Positions 1 through 12,032 of a DNA stretch of 64,000 nt are shown one piece after another. How positions within the stretch are numbered: the first letter of the stretch is position 1; every line of letters begins with the position of its first letter. The notes under the pieces were generated by a model. That model saw only the letters and a program-made list of their open reading frames with translations. It did no database searches and was not told the DNA's origin. Source of the stretch: Prorocentrum cordatum (taxonomy: Eukaryota). Where the stretch lies: positions 372,001 through 436,000 of the forward strand of contig CAUYUJ010000003.1 of assembly GCA_963575745.1 (NCBI GenBank), given 5' to 3'. A program made the translations under genes and the position numbers.

Positions 1-450
1 CCCCAATACACCACCCAGAGAGCCAAGACAGCCCCAAGACGCCCCAAGAGGGCGCCAAGCCGTCCCACGAGGACTCTTTGAGGTGCTCCAGACGGCCCAC
101 GATAGCCCCACGAAGGCCAAGCAAGCCTCTAGGCGGAACGGCCACAAGATATTCACAAGGTAGCCTCGAGGAGCCCCTTCGGCCCAAAGGACACCCCAAG
201 ACGACCAAAGACCCTGGGTGGCCTCAGACAAACACACAAAGAACGGCCCAGCGAATACCCCATTCGGCCTCGCAGAGATAACCCTTCACTGTGGACACCA
301 CGCGCTTCATCATTCGTCCTGCCAGCACTTCGGGAACCCAGCATTCCACCACAGACGCGCGAGCTTCACATGGACGATGGGCAACAAGTGCCTTGCGCAC
401 TTCCACGACGACAGGGGGCGGCGGTGATTCGCCATAGGCGTCCTCGATCC
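1..450. repeat. Interspersed repeat rich in CCCAAGA/GGCCCCAAGA motifs, ending in a conserved GGGGCGGCGGTGA...AGGCGTC(T/C)TC(G/T)AT terminal motif
   Basis: Degenerate (GGCCCCAAGA)-like units. The terminal motif at 414-450 recurs at 1345-1380 and 29812-29845. Confidence 0.6.
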
Positions 451-859
451 GCTGTCTTCTGGTTCATCGAAGAGGGGCCTGGCGAGCCATGCCTTGCAGA
501 ACGACGGGTTCTCTCCGAGCCATGCCTTGCAGAGCGAGCCAAGCTTCCCGCGAGCTCTTTCGGCCCATTGCGCTGCTCGCCAAGCCCAAGAAGGCTCAAG
601 ATGGACCCAAGACGGCACGAGAAGTCCCTAAAGAAGCCCCAGCTCTCCTACGAGTCGCTCACTCAACACATTCCAGCTGCGTTTGTTGTTGGGGTAGTCT
701 GTCCCCTTTGCCTCCCCCTCTTGGCATGTCAGTCCGCAGCCCATTCGAGCCCCAACATCGCGCTGAGCAGCGACAAGGGCCTGCTATCGCTGCACGCTTA
801 TCTCAAGCACTCGCTGGACCCAACTGCAATGATTTTACCCTGCTTCCGCTGTCTTGCTT

Positions 860-1380
860 CAGAATGCCCAAGACGACTCAAGATAGACCACGCACCAATA
901 AGGGCGAAACTTGCCCCAAGAGGGCTTCAAGAGAGCCCCAAGTCGGCCCAAGGCAGCCCCAAATCGTCTCAACAAGGCCCCGCCAGGGTCCCAATACGGC
1001 ACTAGAGAGCCCCACGACTCCTCAAGAGCGCCCCAAGTGGCCCCCAAGATGGCACCAAGAGCCCTCCCCCAGACAGCCTTCAGGGGCCTCTGACGGCCCA
1101 AACGGCCCAAGAACGCCCCAAGACTGTACAAAAGGGCCCAGAGGCAGCCCCAGATGGAGCTCTCCGAGAACGCCCAGGAGGGCGTCCAAAAGCTCCAGAA
1201 GAGCCCAAAAGACAGCGCTTCACATGCGTCTCCGTGTGTCCTGGCAGCCATCCCGACAAGACTTATGGAAATCCTCAATCACTCACAGTCGAGCGAGACG
1301 CTCATTGACGAACGGCCACAGGTGCCTTGCGTGCCTTAGGGGCAGGGGGGCGGCGGTGAGTTTCTGCAGGCGTCTTCGAT
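860..1380. repeat. Second copy of the CCCAAGA-rich interspersed repeat with the same terminal motif
   Basis: Same motif composition as 1-450, with GTGCCTTGCG followed by GGGGGCGGCGGTGA...AGGCGTCTTCGAT at 1322-1380. Confidence 0.6.
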
Positions 1381-1430
1381 ATGCGACTCACTGCCGTGCG
1401 CCGCCGACTCAAAAAAACAACACTCGCACC

Positions 1431-1517
1431 CTCCCGACCCTTGGCTAAAGCATCCTCGAGCTCGGCGATGCGGGCCCATGCGGTCTCGGACTCGCCTCTG
1501 TACCTCGCCACTTGCTC
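1431..1517 (-). CDS. Coiled-coil repeat gene, exon A1 (EQVARYRGESETAWARIAELEDALAKGRE)
   Basis: 87 nt, phase 0, CAG acceptor. Paralogous to five other A exons. The donor at the homologous position reads GAG|GGTGCGAGT. Confidence 0.7.
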
Positions 1518-1805
1518 CTGATAGTCAAGAGCAGCACGGTAGGAGAGCACAAGCCTCGATCGCCAAGCCCGCATCAGAATCGTCGTCGTCATACTGCAGA
1601 TCGCCCTCCACGTGCAGTTCACTGGTCCAGGCCCTCCTCGTCAGCCGCAGCCCCCTTCTCTCCCTTCTGCACCTCCTCGTCCTCTTCCTCCTCTTCCTCC
1701 GCCCCTCCTCCCCCGCCTCTCCCATGCCACCCCCATCTCCACTGCCTCTTCTATATTGGTCTGTCTCCACGGTCGCATGCAAGATAGACACGAGAAAAGC
1801 GGATC

Positions 1806-1919
1806 CTCAGATGTGGCAGCCTTGGTCCTGGCTTCTTCGGCACTTGCCGAACACAGCGATTGCGCCGATCTCAGCTTCGCGACCGCAGCCTCGTCTGCCT
1901 TTGCGGCGGTGGTGCAATG
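1806..1919 (-). CDS. Coiled-coil repeat gene, exon B1 (HCTTAAKADEAAVAKLRSAQSLCSASAEEARTKAATSE)
   Basis: 114 nt, CAG acceptor, GAG|GATCCG (GA) donor. Paralogous to four other B exons. Confidence 0.7.
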
Positions 1920-2479
1920 CTGAGGGCGATGGCGTTGGAAACACGACAACGCTGAGTTTCGTTGGCTAGGCTACCAGGGCTACCTGGCGCACTTTCAGAC
2001 GACGCGTCCCGTGTAGCACCAGCGGTTATTGCAGAGTCGGCAACGACTCAACGAGAAATGGCAACAAACTGGGAGAGCCAAACAGACAAATCCCAAAACA
2101 ATACACATTGATTCAGGGGTATACACAGGCGGCCTAGATACAGACAGAGGGAGAGCGAGAAAGAGAGAGAGAGAGAGAAGGGAAACAACGATAGAGAGAG
2201 AGAGGGAACCACAGGGGGAAACAGGCATTCGAGATACATGGTATGGCGTCAGAGGAGATCCGCCACGGTGCCTCTGGCACGAAGTGGAGTGCCCCAAGGC
2301 TCATGCAAAACGGAGAGGTAGACGCTGTACTGCTTCTACATCAAGAACTGTAAGTCTTGAAGGGCCCGGGCCAATCGTGTCCCAAACCTTCCCGGGTTTT
2401 CTCGGGCTGGTTCCCGTGCGTTCTGAAGTGTTTCCTGCGCCTCCTGTGGACGCTGTGCCCCCCCCAAAGCGACGTCCCG

Positions 2480-3050
2480 AACCCTCCAATGAGTCCAAGA
2501 GGGCCCCGAGTCGCCGAACGATCCCTCAAAGACGCCCAAGATGGCCTCAAGATGGCCCAAGAGGCGTTCAAGACGCCACAAGCGGCATCCAAGAAGCCTC
2601 CCGAGAGGGCCCCAAGAGGGACTACTTGACTAATTATTGATTGTCCTTCGGATGTTGAAGAAGTTTGGCATTCTCGCCTTTTTGTTTTTCCGACGCTCGA
2701 AGACAGCCAAAGAGGCCCCCAAGACCACTCCAATACGGCCCAGAAGGCCTCAATGAAGGCCCAAAAACGGCCTAAGAGAGCCACACGACGGCCCAAGAGG
2801 CGCCCAAAACGGCCCAAGAGGGCCCCAAGACGTCCCCAAACAATGCCCAAGAGAGGGATCACGAACCGGAAATCCGGAGAACGGAGGCGCCCAGGAGGCC
2901 CCAAGAGGCGCCCAAGAGGCCCCAAGAGGCGCCCAAGAGGCCCCAAGAGGCCCCCAAACGGCACCCAATAGGCCCCAAGAGGCCCCCAAACGGCCCCCAA
3001 GAGGCATCACAACTGCCTCCAAGAGGCCTCCGAGGGGCCCCCCCACGAGA
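2480..3050. repeat. GGCCCCAAGA-type degenerate decamer repeat
   Basis: Tandem GAGGCCCCAA/GAGGCGCCCAA units. The same family occurs inverted at about 22240-22660 and 33130-34330. Confidence 0.7.
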
Positions 3051-3399
3051 TCCCAACGAACATCCAATAGGCGTTGTACCAACACGGCCATTCGATAGTA
3101 ATGGGGAACAATCGATCAGACTGACAGAAGCCATCAGCGAAATTGGACTGCACGCTCTAAAGCAATCATCGGGCGGACAACAATTATACCCAAAACTGCT
3201 TGCAAGTAAACTCCGCTTCCACGAGCAACTCCTCGTCGCGCACACAACGTTTGCACAAGTGCAGCATACTAGCTCGCACGGTTGTTGCAAGCCTGCGCGT
3301 GCCGAACAAAATGCCAGAACCGATCACCCCCAGGCCAACCAAGGGCACACCAATGCGTGCGACGCTCTGCCGCACCCACCCAAAAGAAGCACTCCCGTC

Positions 3400-3486
3400 C
3401 TCGCGAGTCTTGACTAGCTCATCCTCGAGCTCGGCGACACGGCCCCTCGCAGTCTCGGATTCGCCCCGTAACCTCGCCAGTAGCTC
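3400..3486 (-). CDS. Coiled-coil repeat gene, exon A2 (ELLARLRGESETARGRVAELEDELVKTRE)
   Basis: 87 nt, GAG acceptor, GAG|GACGGGAGT donor. Confidence 0.7.
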
Positions 3487-3750
3487 CTCGCAGGCGCAGG
3501 CGACAGACAACACACCACAACACATGTATGCCAGCGCCGAGGCTGCTCGATCGCCAAGCCAGTATCAACGTTGCCGTTGTCCTTCTATTCCCGACGGCTC
3601 CTCACATAATTTCGGATTCAAGCCCTCATCGTCCTCATCCCTTTTCCGCTCCCCTCCTCTTCATCATCCTCTCCTCCCCGTCTCCACCGCCAAGTGTTGA
3701 TTGGCCTCCCTCCACGCATCTATGTGAGAAGCGTGCGAGGAAAGCTGGTC

Positions 3751-3864
3751 CTCCAATGCAGCAGCCATCGATGTTGATTCGTCACCATCTTCCGAAACAT
3801 ACGGCAACAACAATTTCAACTTGGCACCCTCTGCCTCGACCTTTTTTGCGGCGGGGCTGCAGTG
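3751..3864 (-). CDS. Coiled-coil repeat gene, exon B2 (HCSPAAKKVEAEGAKLKLLLPYVSEDGDESTSMAAALE); divergent, acceptor not AG
   Basis: 114 nt, colinear with other B exons, GAG|GACCAG donor. The homologous acceptor position reads GCG, so this exon may be dead. Confidence 0.5.
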
Positions 3865-4389
3865 CGCAAGGGAATGAGTATGGACATAATGGCAACGCAA
3901 GCCGTGCTGTTCGCAACACTGCCTATTGGACTTTCAGACGGCACGTCCCACTCTGCAGAAGCCGTAAAGGTAGATGAGACATTGACGGCATCGCTTATAA
4001 CATGAACAACGATTGAAAGGGAGATAACACCAGACAAACCCGAGATATCCTCAAAGGCAGCCAGGGGGACAGTCAAACACGTAGAAGTGCCTCACTTGTA
4101 GGGAACAGTCAAGGATCGAAACGATGAAGATATACCACCATATGCTGCTTACCATTTCGCAATGCACTGTGTACAAACAGCGGGCAGGCATTCCTGACAA
4201 GCAGTACTGCTTTATATGCGTGCAGGCTGTCCGACGCGCGCGCGGCATCTCTTTCAAATGCGGAACGCGATTTCGCACGGTGGTCATCAAGTGGTGGGTC
4301 ACAATCTCCCCCTACTATGCCACTGAACCGAATATAAGATGCAACTCGATGCCGTGCCCGACCACCCACCCAAAAGAAACACTCAAGTC

Positions 4390-4473
4390 CTCCCGCTTGG
4401 CTAACTCATCCTCGATCTCGGCGACGCGGCCCCTCGCAGTCTCGGACTCGCCCCGGAACCTCGCCACTTGCCC
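4390..4473 (-). CDS. Coiled-coil repeat gene, exon A3 (GQVARFRGESETARGRVAEIEDELAKRE)
   Basis: 84 nt (one in-frame codon deleted), CAG acceptor, GAG|GACTTGAGT donor. Confidence 0.7.
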
Positions 4474-4767
4474 CTGGCAGGTAAGACGCGACGGGAGCGC
4501 ATCATAACTCATAACGCAGATGTGTCAGTGCTAAAGCTTGTGGATCGTCATGCCACTCTCCTCCATAGCGTCGTTTTGCTTCCGATAGTCCTTCAAACGC
4601 TTCTTGTCCAAGTTCTCCTAGTCATCCTCATGCTCCACCTCTCTGATTCATTTCCGCATCCACGTCCGCATCCCCTCGTCGGCCCCACTGCCCCTCGTTG
4701 ACTGGTACCCCTCAACCACTGTCTCTGCCAGGCAAGGCGAAACGTGGGAGAAAAGGAAAAGCGGATC

Positions 4768-4881
4768 CTCCAATGCAGCCACTTTGGCCATCGCTTCCTC
4801 GGCGTCAGCCGAAAACCGCGACTGCGCCGACTCCAGGTTCGCACCATCAGCCACGACCGCCTTTGCAGCGGAGCTGCCGCT
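4768..4881 (-). CDS. Coiled-coil repeat gene, exon B3 (SGSSAAKAVVADGANLESAQSRFSADAEEAMAKVAALE); acceptor not AG
   Basis: 114 nt, GAG|GATCCG donor. The homologous acceptor position reads CCG. Confidence 0.55.
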
Positions 4882-5454
4882 CGGGCATGGATGGACGCGT
4901 GTAGGGTAGCAGATGACAAGATGACACACCTGTTGGCCCGCAGCGACGGAAGGCTCGCTACGGACAGAGCTACGGCGGGCTATGCGATAGCAAATTGCAC
5001 CTACGCAAGAGGCGGGTTCATGAAACCTTGAATCCAAACAAATTGTCATCTCTTGGGGGGGGCGCACCTTATGGTTCCGCGAGCTTGCCGCCGGCGGAAC
5101 AACCCCCGTTTGGGTTCCGCCAGCATTCCGTCGCCTTCCGCCGGAGAACAGGTATCAACTTTTCGAAGAAGAGGCGCTTTTTGGAACGCCTGCGGTGGCT
5201 CCGGAGAAGAAGCTGCCGCGGAGGGAAGGACCTCGCCCACTTGTTCCTCCTCGGGCACGGTGGCAGCGCCATCGTCGAGATCAAGCAGAATGAACTGCAC
5301 CCAAACCTGTGGATTAAGGGCAAACGGAGGAACTGTTGATGGGGTCCGCCTGCCGGCGTGGAGAGAAGGAAGGATGCGCCCGCAACGAGGCCTACGCACC
5401 AGACGGGGGGGACCCGGGACCAGGCGAGGCCCTCGCACCAAGCGACGGGAAACC

Positions 5455-5625
5455 GGGACCTGGGAGGCGAAAAGGTACCGATACAGGTGCTCCCCGGATC
5501 TCTCCCGGGGGGCGCGGCCTGGCCAGGATTCCGAAACGAATGCAGGGGTGGTGGCGAAGGCCTCCCCAGAGGCTCAAAATGGGGAAAACGGGGAAAGGGT
5601 AGCGGCAGTACCTTTCCCTCCTCTG
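5455..5625 (+). repeat. Dispersed repeat with an inverted paralog at about 52830-53000
   Basis: GAAAAGGTACCGATAC...CTCCCCGGATCTCTC...CCAGGATT is shared with the reverse complement of 52830-53000. Confidence 0.65.
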
Positions 5626-5880
5626 AAGACCAGACGAAGAGGTCCTCGCGCCAGGCGACGCGCCAGCACCGCGGCACTCGCCGCAGCAGACGCGATGTTC
5701 GGGGGGAGCCTCTCCGAGCTCGCGCGGCCGCCCCTCGGCCGCCGCTTCCCGGTGCTCTTCCGGAGCCTCCGCCCCCCCCTCGCCCTCCGCCCCCCCTCTC
5801 GCCCTGCTCTGGCCTCAAGTCCTCGCGTAAGACGAAGCCACGGCGGGTGAGGATCGGGCGATGGGGCGAGGAGGGGCAGA

Positions 5881-6262
5881 GGGAGGAGGGGGAGGAGGAG
5901 GAGGAAGAGGAGGAGGAGGAGGAGGAGGAGGAGGAGGAGGAGGAGGAGGAGGAGGAGGCGGTGGAGGAGAAGGAGGAGGAGGAGGAGGAGGAGGAGACGG
6001 GGGAGGAGAAGAAGGAGGAGGAGGAGGAGGAGGAGGAAGAGGAGGAGGAGGAGGAGGAGGAGGAGGAGGAGGAGGAGGAGGAGGAGGAGGGGGAGGCGGA
6101 GGAGGAGGAGGAGGGGAGGAGGAGGAGGAGGAGAAGGAAGAGGAGGAGGAGGAGGCGGAGGCGGAGGCGGAGGAGGAGGAGGAGGAGGAGGAGGAGGAGG
6201 AGGAGGAGGAGGAGGAGGAGGAGCAGCGAGGAAGAGGAGGAGGAGCAGCGAGGAAGAGGAGG
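5881..6262. repeat. (GGA)n microsatellite
   Basis: Long, slightly imperfect GGA run. Confidence 0.98.
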
Positions 6263-6459
6263 AAAAGGAGTTACTAGAGCTACCTCCCAGCCGCAATGGC
6301 TGTCGGCAAAGGCAATCCGCGGCCCCGCGGCCGCCCCCGCTCCGAGGGCCGCGCCCCTGAGGACCGCCCCCTCTCCCTGCGCGTCTCGCGGAGGCGCCGG
6401 GAGTCGCGGCGGCGCGGCCGCGGGCCGCGGTCGCTCAGAGGGCCGCGTCCCTGCGGACC

Positions 6460-7105
6460 GCCCTCCCTCCCCGCGCGTCTGGCTGAGGCGCGGAGGGCAG
6501 TGCTGAGGCCCTCGCTGGCGATCGCGACCCACCTCCGAGATCCCCAGCGCGTCGGACCCCCACGGCGCGAGCCATGGGCGCCCGACGCGACATGCCTTCC
6601 AAGGATCGCGGCAGTGCTCTGCTGCGGTCTCTGTTTCGTCGTCATCCTCCTTCCCGCAGCAGTTGTAGAAGCCGCGCCCCTGGGGGCCGCCCGCCCCTTC
6701 TCCCCGCGCGTCTGGCGAGGGCGCGGGGAGCTGCGGGGTCGGGCTCTCGCTCTGGCGCGTGGACGACCCGCCCCCGAGATCCCCAGCACGGCGCGTCGGG
6801 CCCCCGCGGCGCGAGCCATGGGCGCCCGACGCGACATGCCTTTCAAGGATGGTGGCAATACTCTGCTGCGGTCTCTGCTTCGTCGTCATCCTCCTTCTCG
6901 CAGCAGTTGCAGGGGCCGCGCCCCTAGGGCCCGCCCCTTCTCCCCGCGCGTCTGGCGGGGGCGCGGGGAGCTGCGGGGTCGGGCTCGCACCCCGGCGCGT
7001 AGACGACCCGCCTCCGAGATCCCCGGCGCCCCGCGACGACGGGCTCCCACGGCGGCTGCCGCAGGCGCCCGAAGCGGCATACCTTCCAAGGAGGGCGGCA
7101 GTGCC
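6460..7105. repeat. ~240-bp GC-rich tandem repeat, about 2.5 copies, at the 3' side of LINE-A
   Basis: The CCGAGATCCCC anchor recurs at about 6535, 6774 and 7015 with near-identical intervening sequence. Confidence 0.9.
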
Positions 7106-8325
7106 AGACGTAGTGTTGTCTCTCCTCAGCTCGCTGGTGTCGTCGTGGTACTGAGCCTGCTTGATGTCCTCGATGGGGGCGGTCAGCCTCGGCGGGCGCG
7201 GGTCTGAACGCTGACCTCCGCCCACCGCCCCCCCCCCCCCCCCTGGCCGACGCAGGTAGTGGGCGCCCTTCCCAATCAGCCCCGTTGCTCGCAACGGTTC
7301 GACTCCTGGGGTGGATATCGCAGCCCCTGTCATGTCCGAAAAACTCTGGCGACTTTGAACCTCGCTGCGCGAGGACTTTTGACGGGGCACCCCGGCAAAA
7401 CGCTGGCGACTCGCCAAACAGGTCGGTCCTCGCATCCTGCCTCTGGCGAGGCGGTGTGGCGCGTGCCTGTTGGCCCTCCTGCAAGCCGCTGTCGTCGACG
7501 CCGAGCTGGCCGCGGCTGGGCGACTGCCGTCGGCAAAACGTGGGCGACGGATCGCCAAGCAGGTCGGAGCTCACAACTGCCCTCTCTGCTGAAGGGGTGT
7601 GGCGCGCGTCAGCTGGCTGTTTTCCGAGCCGCTGTGTCCTTGTTATCATTATTCCTGCTTCGCCTCGTTGAGCCCGTGGAGTAGTTTGTACTTGGTGCTG
7701 CTGTAGCCAGGTCGTTGTTGCATTAGTTCTTCATGTTGCCCGAGATGTACTCCATCGTTGTGGCTCCACATAGCCTGCAGAATCATGTGGCTTCATCCCT
7801 GAGCAGTACCAGAGGGTGGCTTGGGTGACCTGCTGCGTCGTGCTGCATGACTTCTGCGCCGTGTCTTGGTGGCTGTCCTTTGCGCCCCTCTTTGAACCAT
7901 TCCTTTACGGCTTCAAAGTTGGTGTCTTTGCCCACTCTTCGCAGGCAGCACTTGCGTTGCCACCCTCTGCCACGTCTTGTCCTCGTCAGGTTGTGCGCGG
8001 TTGTGCGCGGTTGGTGGTCGCCCCCCCCCTCCGACTGGTCGGGCCCTTCGGCGAAGTAGTCCCGTCGACGTCGTTTTTGTGCCGTCCGTTGTCGTTCATG
8101 TCGAGTCTGGCTTCGCGCGCCCCTTATTATTTGGATGGTCGTCTATCGATGGCGTCGACTGTTGCTGCTGCTATTCTGCGACGGGCAGGTGCAGCTGTAG
8201 CGTTGGCCCAGTCGTAGCGCGGCATCTGTGTGTCGTCGGTATGATGCTCTCGCGCTGATGTCTCTGATCGCTCATCCACTTGTCCGTTGCCGCACCGTGC
8301 ATGTAAACCCTAGCGCCTGAACCTC

Positions 8326-8620
8326 CTACAACGCGAGGTGGCCGTTGATGCGGTGGACTTCGACAACTTCGTCACCACTGGGGCTTCGTGTGCTGAGCTC
8401 CGTGCTGGTAGGCACCCAGAGGTCGCCGTTGGTGCCTACCTCGCCGGCTCGCATGTATCTTTTGGTTGCGCCATCCTTTGAATGCCAGCTCGCTGTCTGT
8501 CCAATATCGTAGCGGCCCCGCTGCGTGTCGCCAGCAGTCCAGTAGCGCCCACAATTCTGCTCTATTGCAGGTCTGCCGTCCGCGTGATAATTGGCCGTAG
8601 CGTGCTGCAGCGATCTGGAA
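8326..8620 (-). pseudogene. RNase H-like remnant of LINE-A
   Basis: PLRYWTDSELAFKGW, then NGDLW, then VEVHRINGH across a frameshift. This matches the TDS / NxDLW / VxxH pattern of RNase HI. Confidence 0.65.
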
Positions 8621-9509
8621 GCTGTCGTCGACGCAAGCTGAAGCGAGCCGTGCCCAGGCCCAGCCGCGTCGTCAGCGTCGCCAGTCCGCGCTGCGCTTGC
8701 CACCTGAGACATCGCCTCATACAACGACAGGATTGTCGCCTGGGGGCTGGAAGGAGACCTCGAAACCATAATGCAAACGCGTCGCTGTGGCCCACCGCCG
8801 CTGGGGCGCGTAGCCTTTCCGTTTTCTTGAACGCTGGGCCGTCGCTCCTGCAGTGGCATCGTTCCCATATTATGTGGTAGTCGGTGCCCGTGGATCCTCA
8901 TTCGCAGACATCGCATCCGAGTCCACATGTGTCCTTCTTCTGCGTTATTGTTCATGTTCCTGCGCAAGCCGCTGTAAGAAGACCACGTTTGGTTGCCTCG
9001 TTCGCGGAGCCATTCTAGGTGTCTTTTCATGTCCGTCGCATCCGCTCCGTGGTACTCCAGGCCTTTCCCATTGTAATACTCTGCGGCGGGCTGCCACAGC
9101 CTGAGTCGTGCGTCTGCTGCGATGGCGTCCAGGATGTCTGCGTGGTCGCCACGTTCTCCGTCCCGCGGGAAATTCCAGTCGTTCTTGTCGCGGCCGATCC
9201 AATGCTCTGGCCTTCTGGAGTCCCAGCCCAGCTCCCAGAGCGCAAGGATGATGGATGCTATAGGACATCTTGTTTGCGTCCATCTTCTGTTGGCTGGTAC
9301 TCTGAGAATTCCGCAGTTGATCTTAAGCCATGCTCGTCCCCAGCAGTTGAGTCCCCAGCAGTTGGACCAGTTGGCGAACTGTGCTTTGGCTACGGTGTAG
9401 GCCGGGTCGGCGCCTTCAAAGTCCTGGTGCGTGGTCAGGCATCTTCCAAGCCATGGGCGTCGTAGAGCCCGTGCGTATTTGCGTCTCGCATGTAGCAGCG
9501 CGGTGGGAG

Positions 9510-10593
9510 CTAAGCCGTGAAACTCCGTGCCGTACTTGAGCGAGGCCATGGAGCCTTGCTGGGTGATGTTGGCTTTCGTCCTGGTCTGAATCTCGTCAGC
9601 TTCCTGCCCACTGCTCCGAGTCTGCGTCGTGCCGCTTTGAGTATGTTGGCGTGCGTCGGTCGCCTGGTTGCGCCACGTGCTGCTCTGTCCGCTTCGAGGG
9701 TGATGCCTCGGAGCTGTAGTTGATTTTGGATATGCTTGGTGTCGCTGTAGTGGGTCGGCATGAAGGTGGTCTTGCCCGCCAGCTTGAGTCCTTGCTCTTC
9801 CAAGGCGAGGAAGACCTGTTGGGTGGTGCTGACTGTGGCTGGCACGATTTGCCCCCTGCTGCCGACGATGCGCATGCTGATGTCGTCAAACCATGCTCGA
9901 AGTATGGGTCGCGTTAGTTGGCTTGTGCTCGTGAGTCTGGCAATGGCTGTGTACGCCACAGTACGTGCTATGTTAATTGAATGTCCTGACCCAGCTAGGA
10001 TGGAGCGATCAGCATACATGGGGAGTGAGTATGCACCTTGTCGGCGAAATACTATTGTGGAGATGTGTTACAGCATAACCAGGTAAAGTTGCCGCGCAGG
10101 GAACTGCATGAACAGGGCTGCGGGCAGTCTTGTCGGTCCAGGGTCTGTCGTAGCAAGTCTCGGTGTCTGCCAGCAAGATAGTCTCGACCATGTCGAACGC
10201 TACGGTGCATTCGTCTGTGATGAGGCGCCAGAGCGCTTCCCTCAAACGACTGTTGCTCGCGATGGCCGCGCCCCAGTCCCTCTCGTGTGTCTTTGCCCAG
10301 CGGCGTGCATAATCTCGGTGCAATAGCTCCCAGCAGCGAAATAGTTGAGGTAGTAAGGGGCTGGGCTCTATATCCCTTCGAGGGCTTGGGAGTGACCAGA
10401 ACAGCTGATAGCAGTAATTGCCAGGGCCACATGGGGCGCTGCGAGCCGTAAGTCGCCCAGACCGCGGTAGCCGTAAGTCGCTGCACCGTAGTATGTCTAC
10501 TCCGTTGCCTTTGTCAGGTTCTCCCTTCAGGCATCTGTCGAGGTCTTCCACTGCCCATGGCAGGTGCGGCGGCCCGTCCTCCGCGCTCGCCAT
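9510..10593 (-). pseudogene. Reverse transcriptase remnant of LINE-A
   Basis: PKPSKGYR; LLPQLFRCWE; AAIASNSRLREAL; LLADTETCYD; SILAGSGHS; WFDD catalytic motif; GLKLAGKT. Confidence 0.8.
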
Positions 10594-12032
10594 AAGCTTG
10601 GCCAGGGCGTAGGCCCGCCCGTGGTGCGCAAGACCAATTGCTGCTGACGTCGACAGCTTTGGCGTCTATGGTGTCCTTTGGGCTGCGTAGCACTTGGCCG
10701 CCACTGGCCACCTCTTGCTCTCGTCGTGGCGTTGGCACCGTGGTCTTGCGCAGCGTGCCCGTCGTCTTGATGGCCGCGGCGAGCCACGCGCAGTGCTCGC
10801 GGTTGCTGTGGCGCAGGTCTCGTCGCAGTGCGTCCCCCCTCTCCTCCTCCGCTTGAGCTCCCATGCCTCTTGAAACTTCCAGCGGAAATCGGTCCAGCTG
10901 CGTAAGCCTTTGTCGCCATAGGTCGCGGTGGAAGCGGGCTGCGTCACTTGCCTGCTTCCCAATGCGGAGATCGCCCTGCTCGCGCCAGTCGTCTTCATGC
11001 TGCGCGTAGGCCCTGTTGATGTCGATGTCCGCGCCCTCTTTGCTGGGGCTTGACAAACGTTGACAATGCATTCTCTGTCCTTCTCCACCAATCCACTCGA
11101 TGTGTCGCGAAACGTATTCGTCGTTCAGATTTCTCCTGTGGCGATGTTGTCTGAAACTCGCAGCCTTCCCCTCGCCCTCTGTAGTGTCCACGGTTTCCAA
11201 TGGGCATCTTGTACGCGATGCAGAGGCAGGTCTCCGGCATGCCGGTGAAGTGGTGGCGGCGCTCGCCCATTTGTTCTGCTTTTGCAGGGTCAGCACGGTA
11301 TGCAGCGCACTTCCCGATGCACGCCGGCGCTTGCCGAAGGGCGCCGCGGGGCAGCTGCGTCGCCGCATCCCGAGCGTCGCCCATGATTGCGATGAATATC
11401 CCCTCGGCAAGCGCCGAGATCCGATCTGCCATCGGTTGTTGTCTTCCATCCCTCTGAGAGGCCGCCCAGCCCAAGGCGTCGGTCTCTGGACCCTGGTCGT
11501 TGGGAGTGGAGTCGAAGTCATTGCGGTCAGCCTCCGCCCTCCGAGCGTCGGGGACCGCGCTGAATCTCTAGTCCAGGTCGCGCGCGCAATGCGTCGGGTC
11601 GCGGGTGGGCGCGCGGTCGCGCAGGTAGTCCATGTCTTCGTCGTCGAAGGGGTCCGCGTCTGCGATGTCCACCGCGCTGTGCCTGCAGACCGCTAGTGTG
11701 GTTAGGCTGGTCAGATCTCTACTCTCCTCCGACCTCTTGTGTTGCTGAGGTGGAGGGGTCTCGACCTGGCTGCCTGAGCTCGTTGTGTCGCTAGTGGGAT
11801 AGTAGTTCCATCCACTTATACCTGGTGCTTCCCATCTTCCCGCATCAGCTCTGTCGAGGTCGTAGGCTTCGATGTGCGCGTCTGGGTCGGGCATGGGCTT
11901 GGGCTTGTTCTTTTTGCTGCGCTTGCTGTTGGGGTTCGCCTCCTGTCGCTGAGGTAATGGCCGAGGGAACGTTTTCGGCATGTTCAGGTTCCTGCACTCG
12001 TTGGTGTCGAGGTCTGCTGCGACCGCGCTAGC

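Noticed and set aside
6284..6306. Degenerate SL-like CCGACAGCCATTGCGGCTGGGAG on the minus strand
   Set aside because: Too many mismatches and no CTCAAG end; could be chance in GC-rich DNA.
7270..7320. tRNA B-box-like GGTTCGACTCC
   Set aside because: No A-box, cloverleaf or acceptor stem could be built around it.
5069..7558. 829-aa ORF and overlapping poly-E/R/G/S ORFs
   Set aside because: Open only because of the (GGA)n tract and GC-rich tandem repeats; no domain content.
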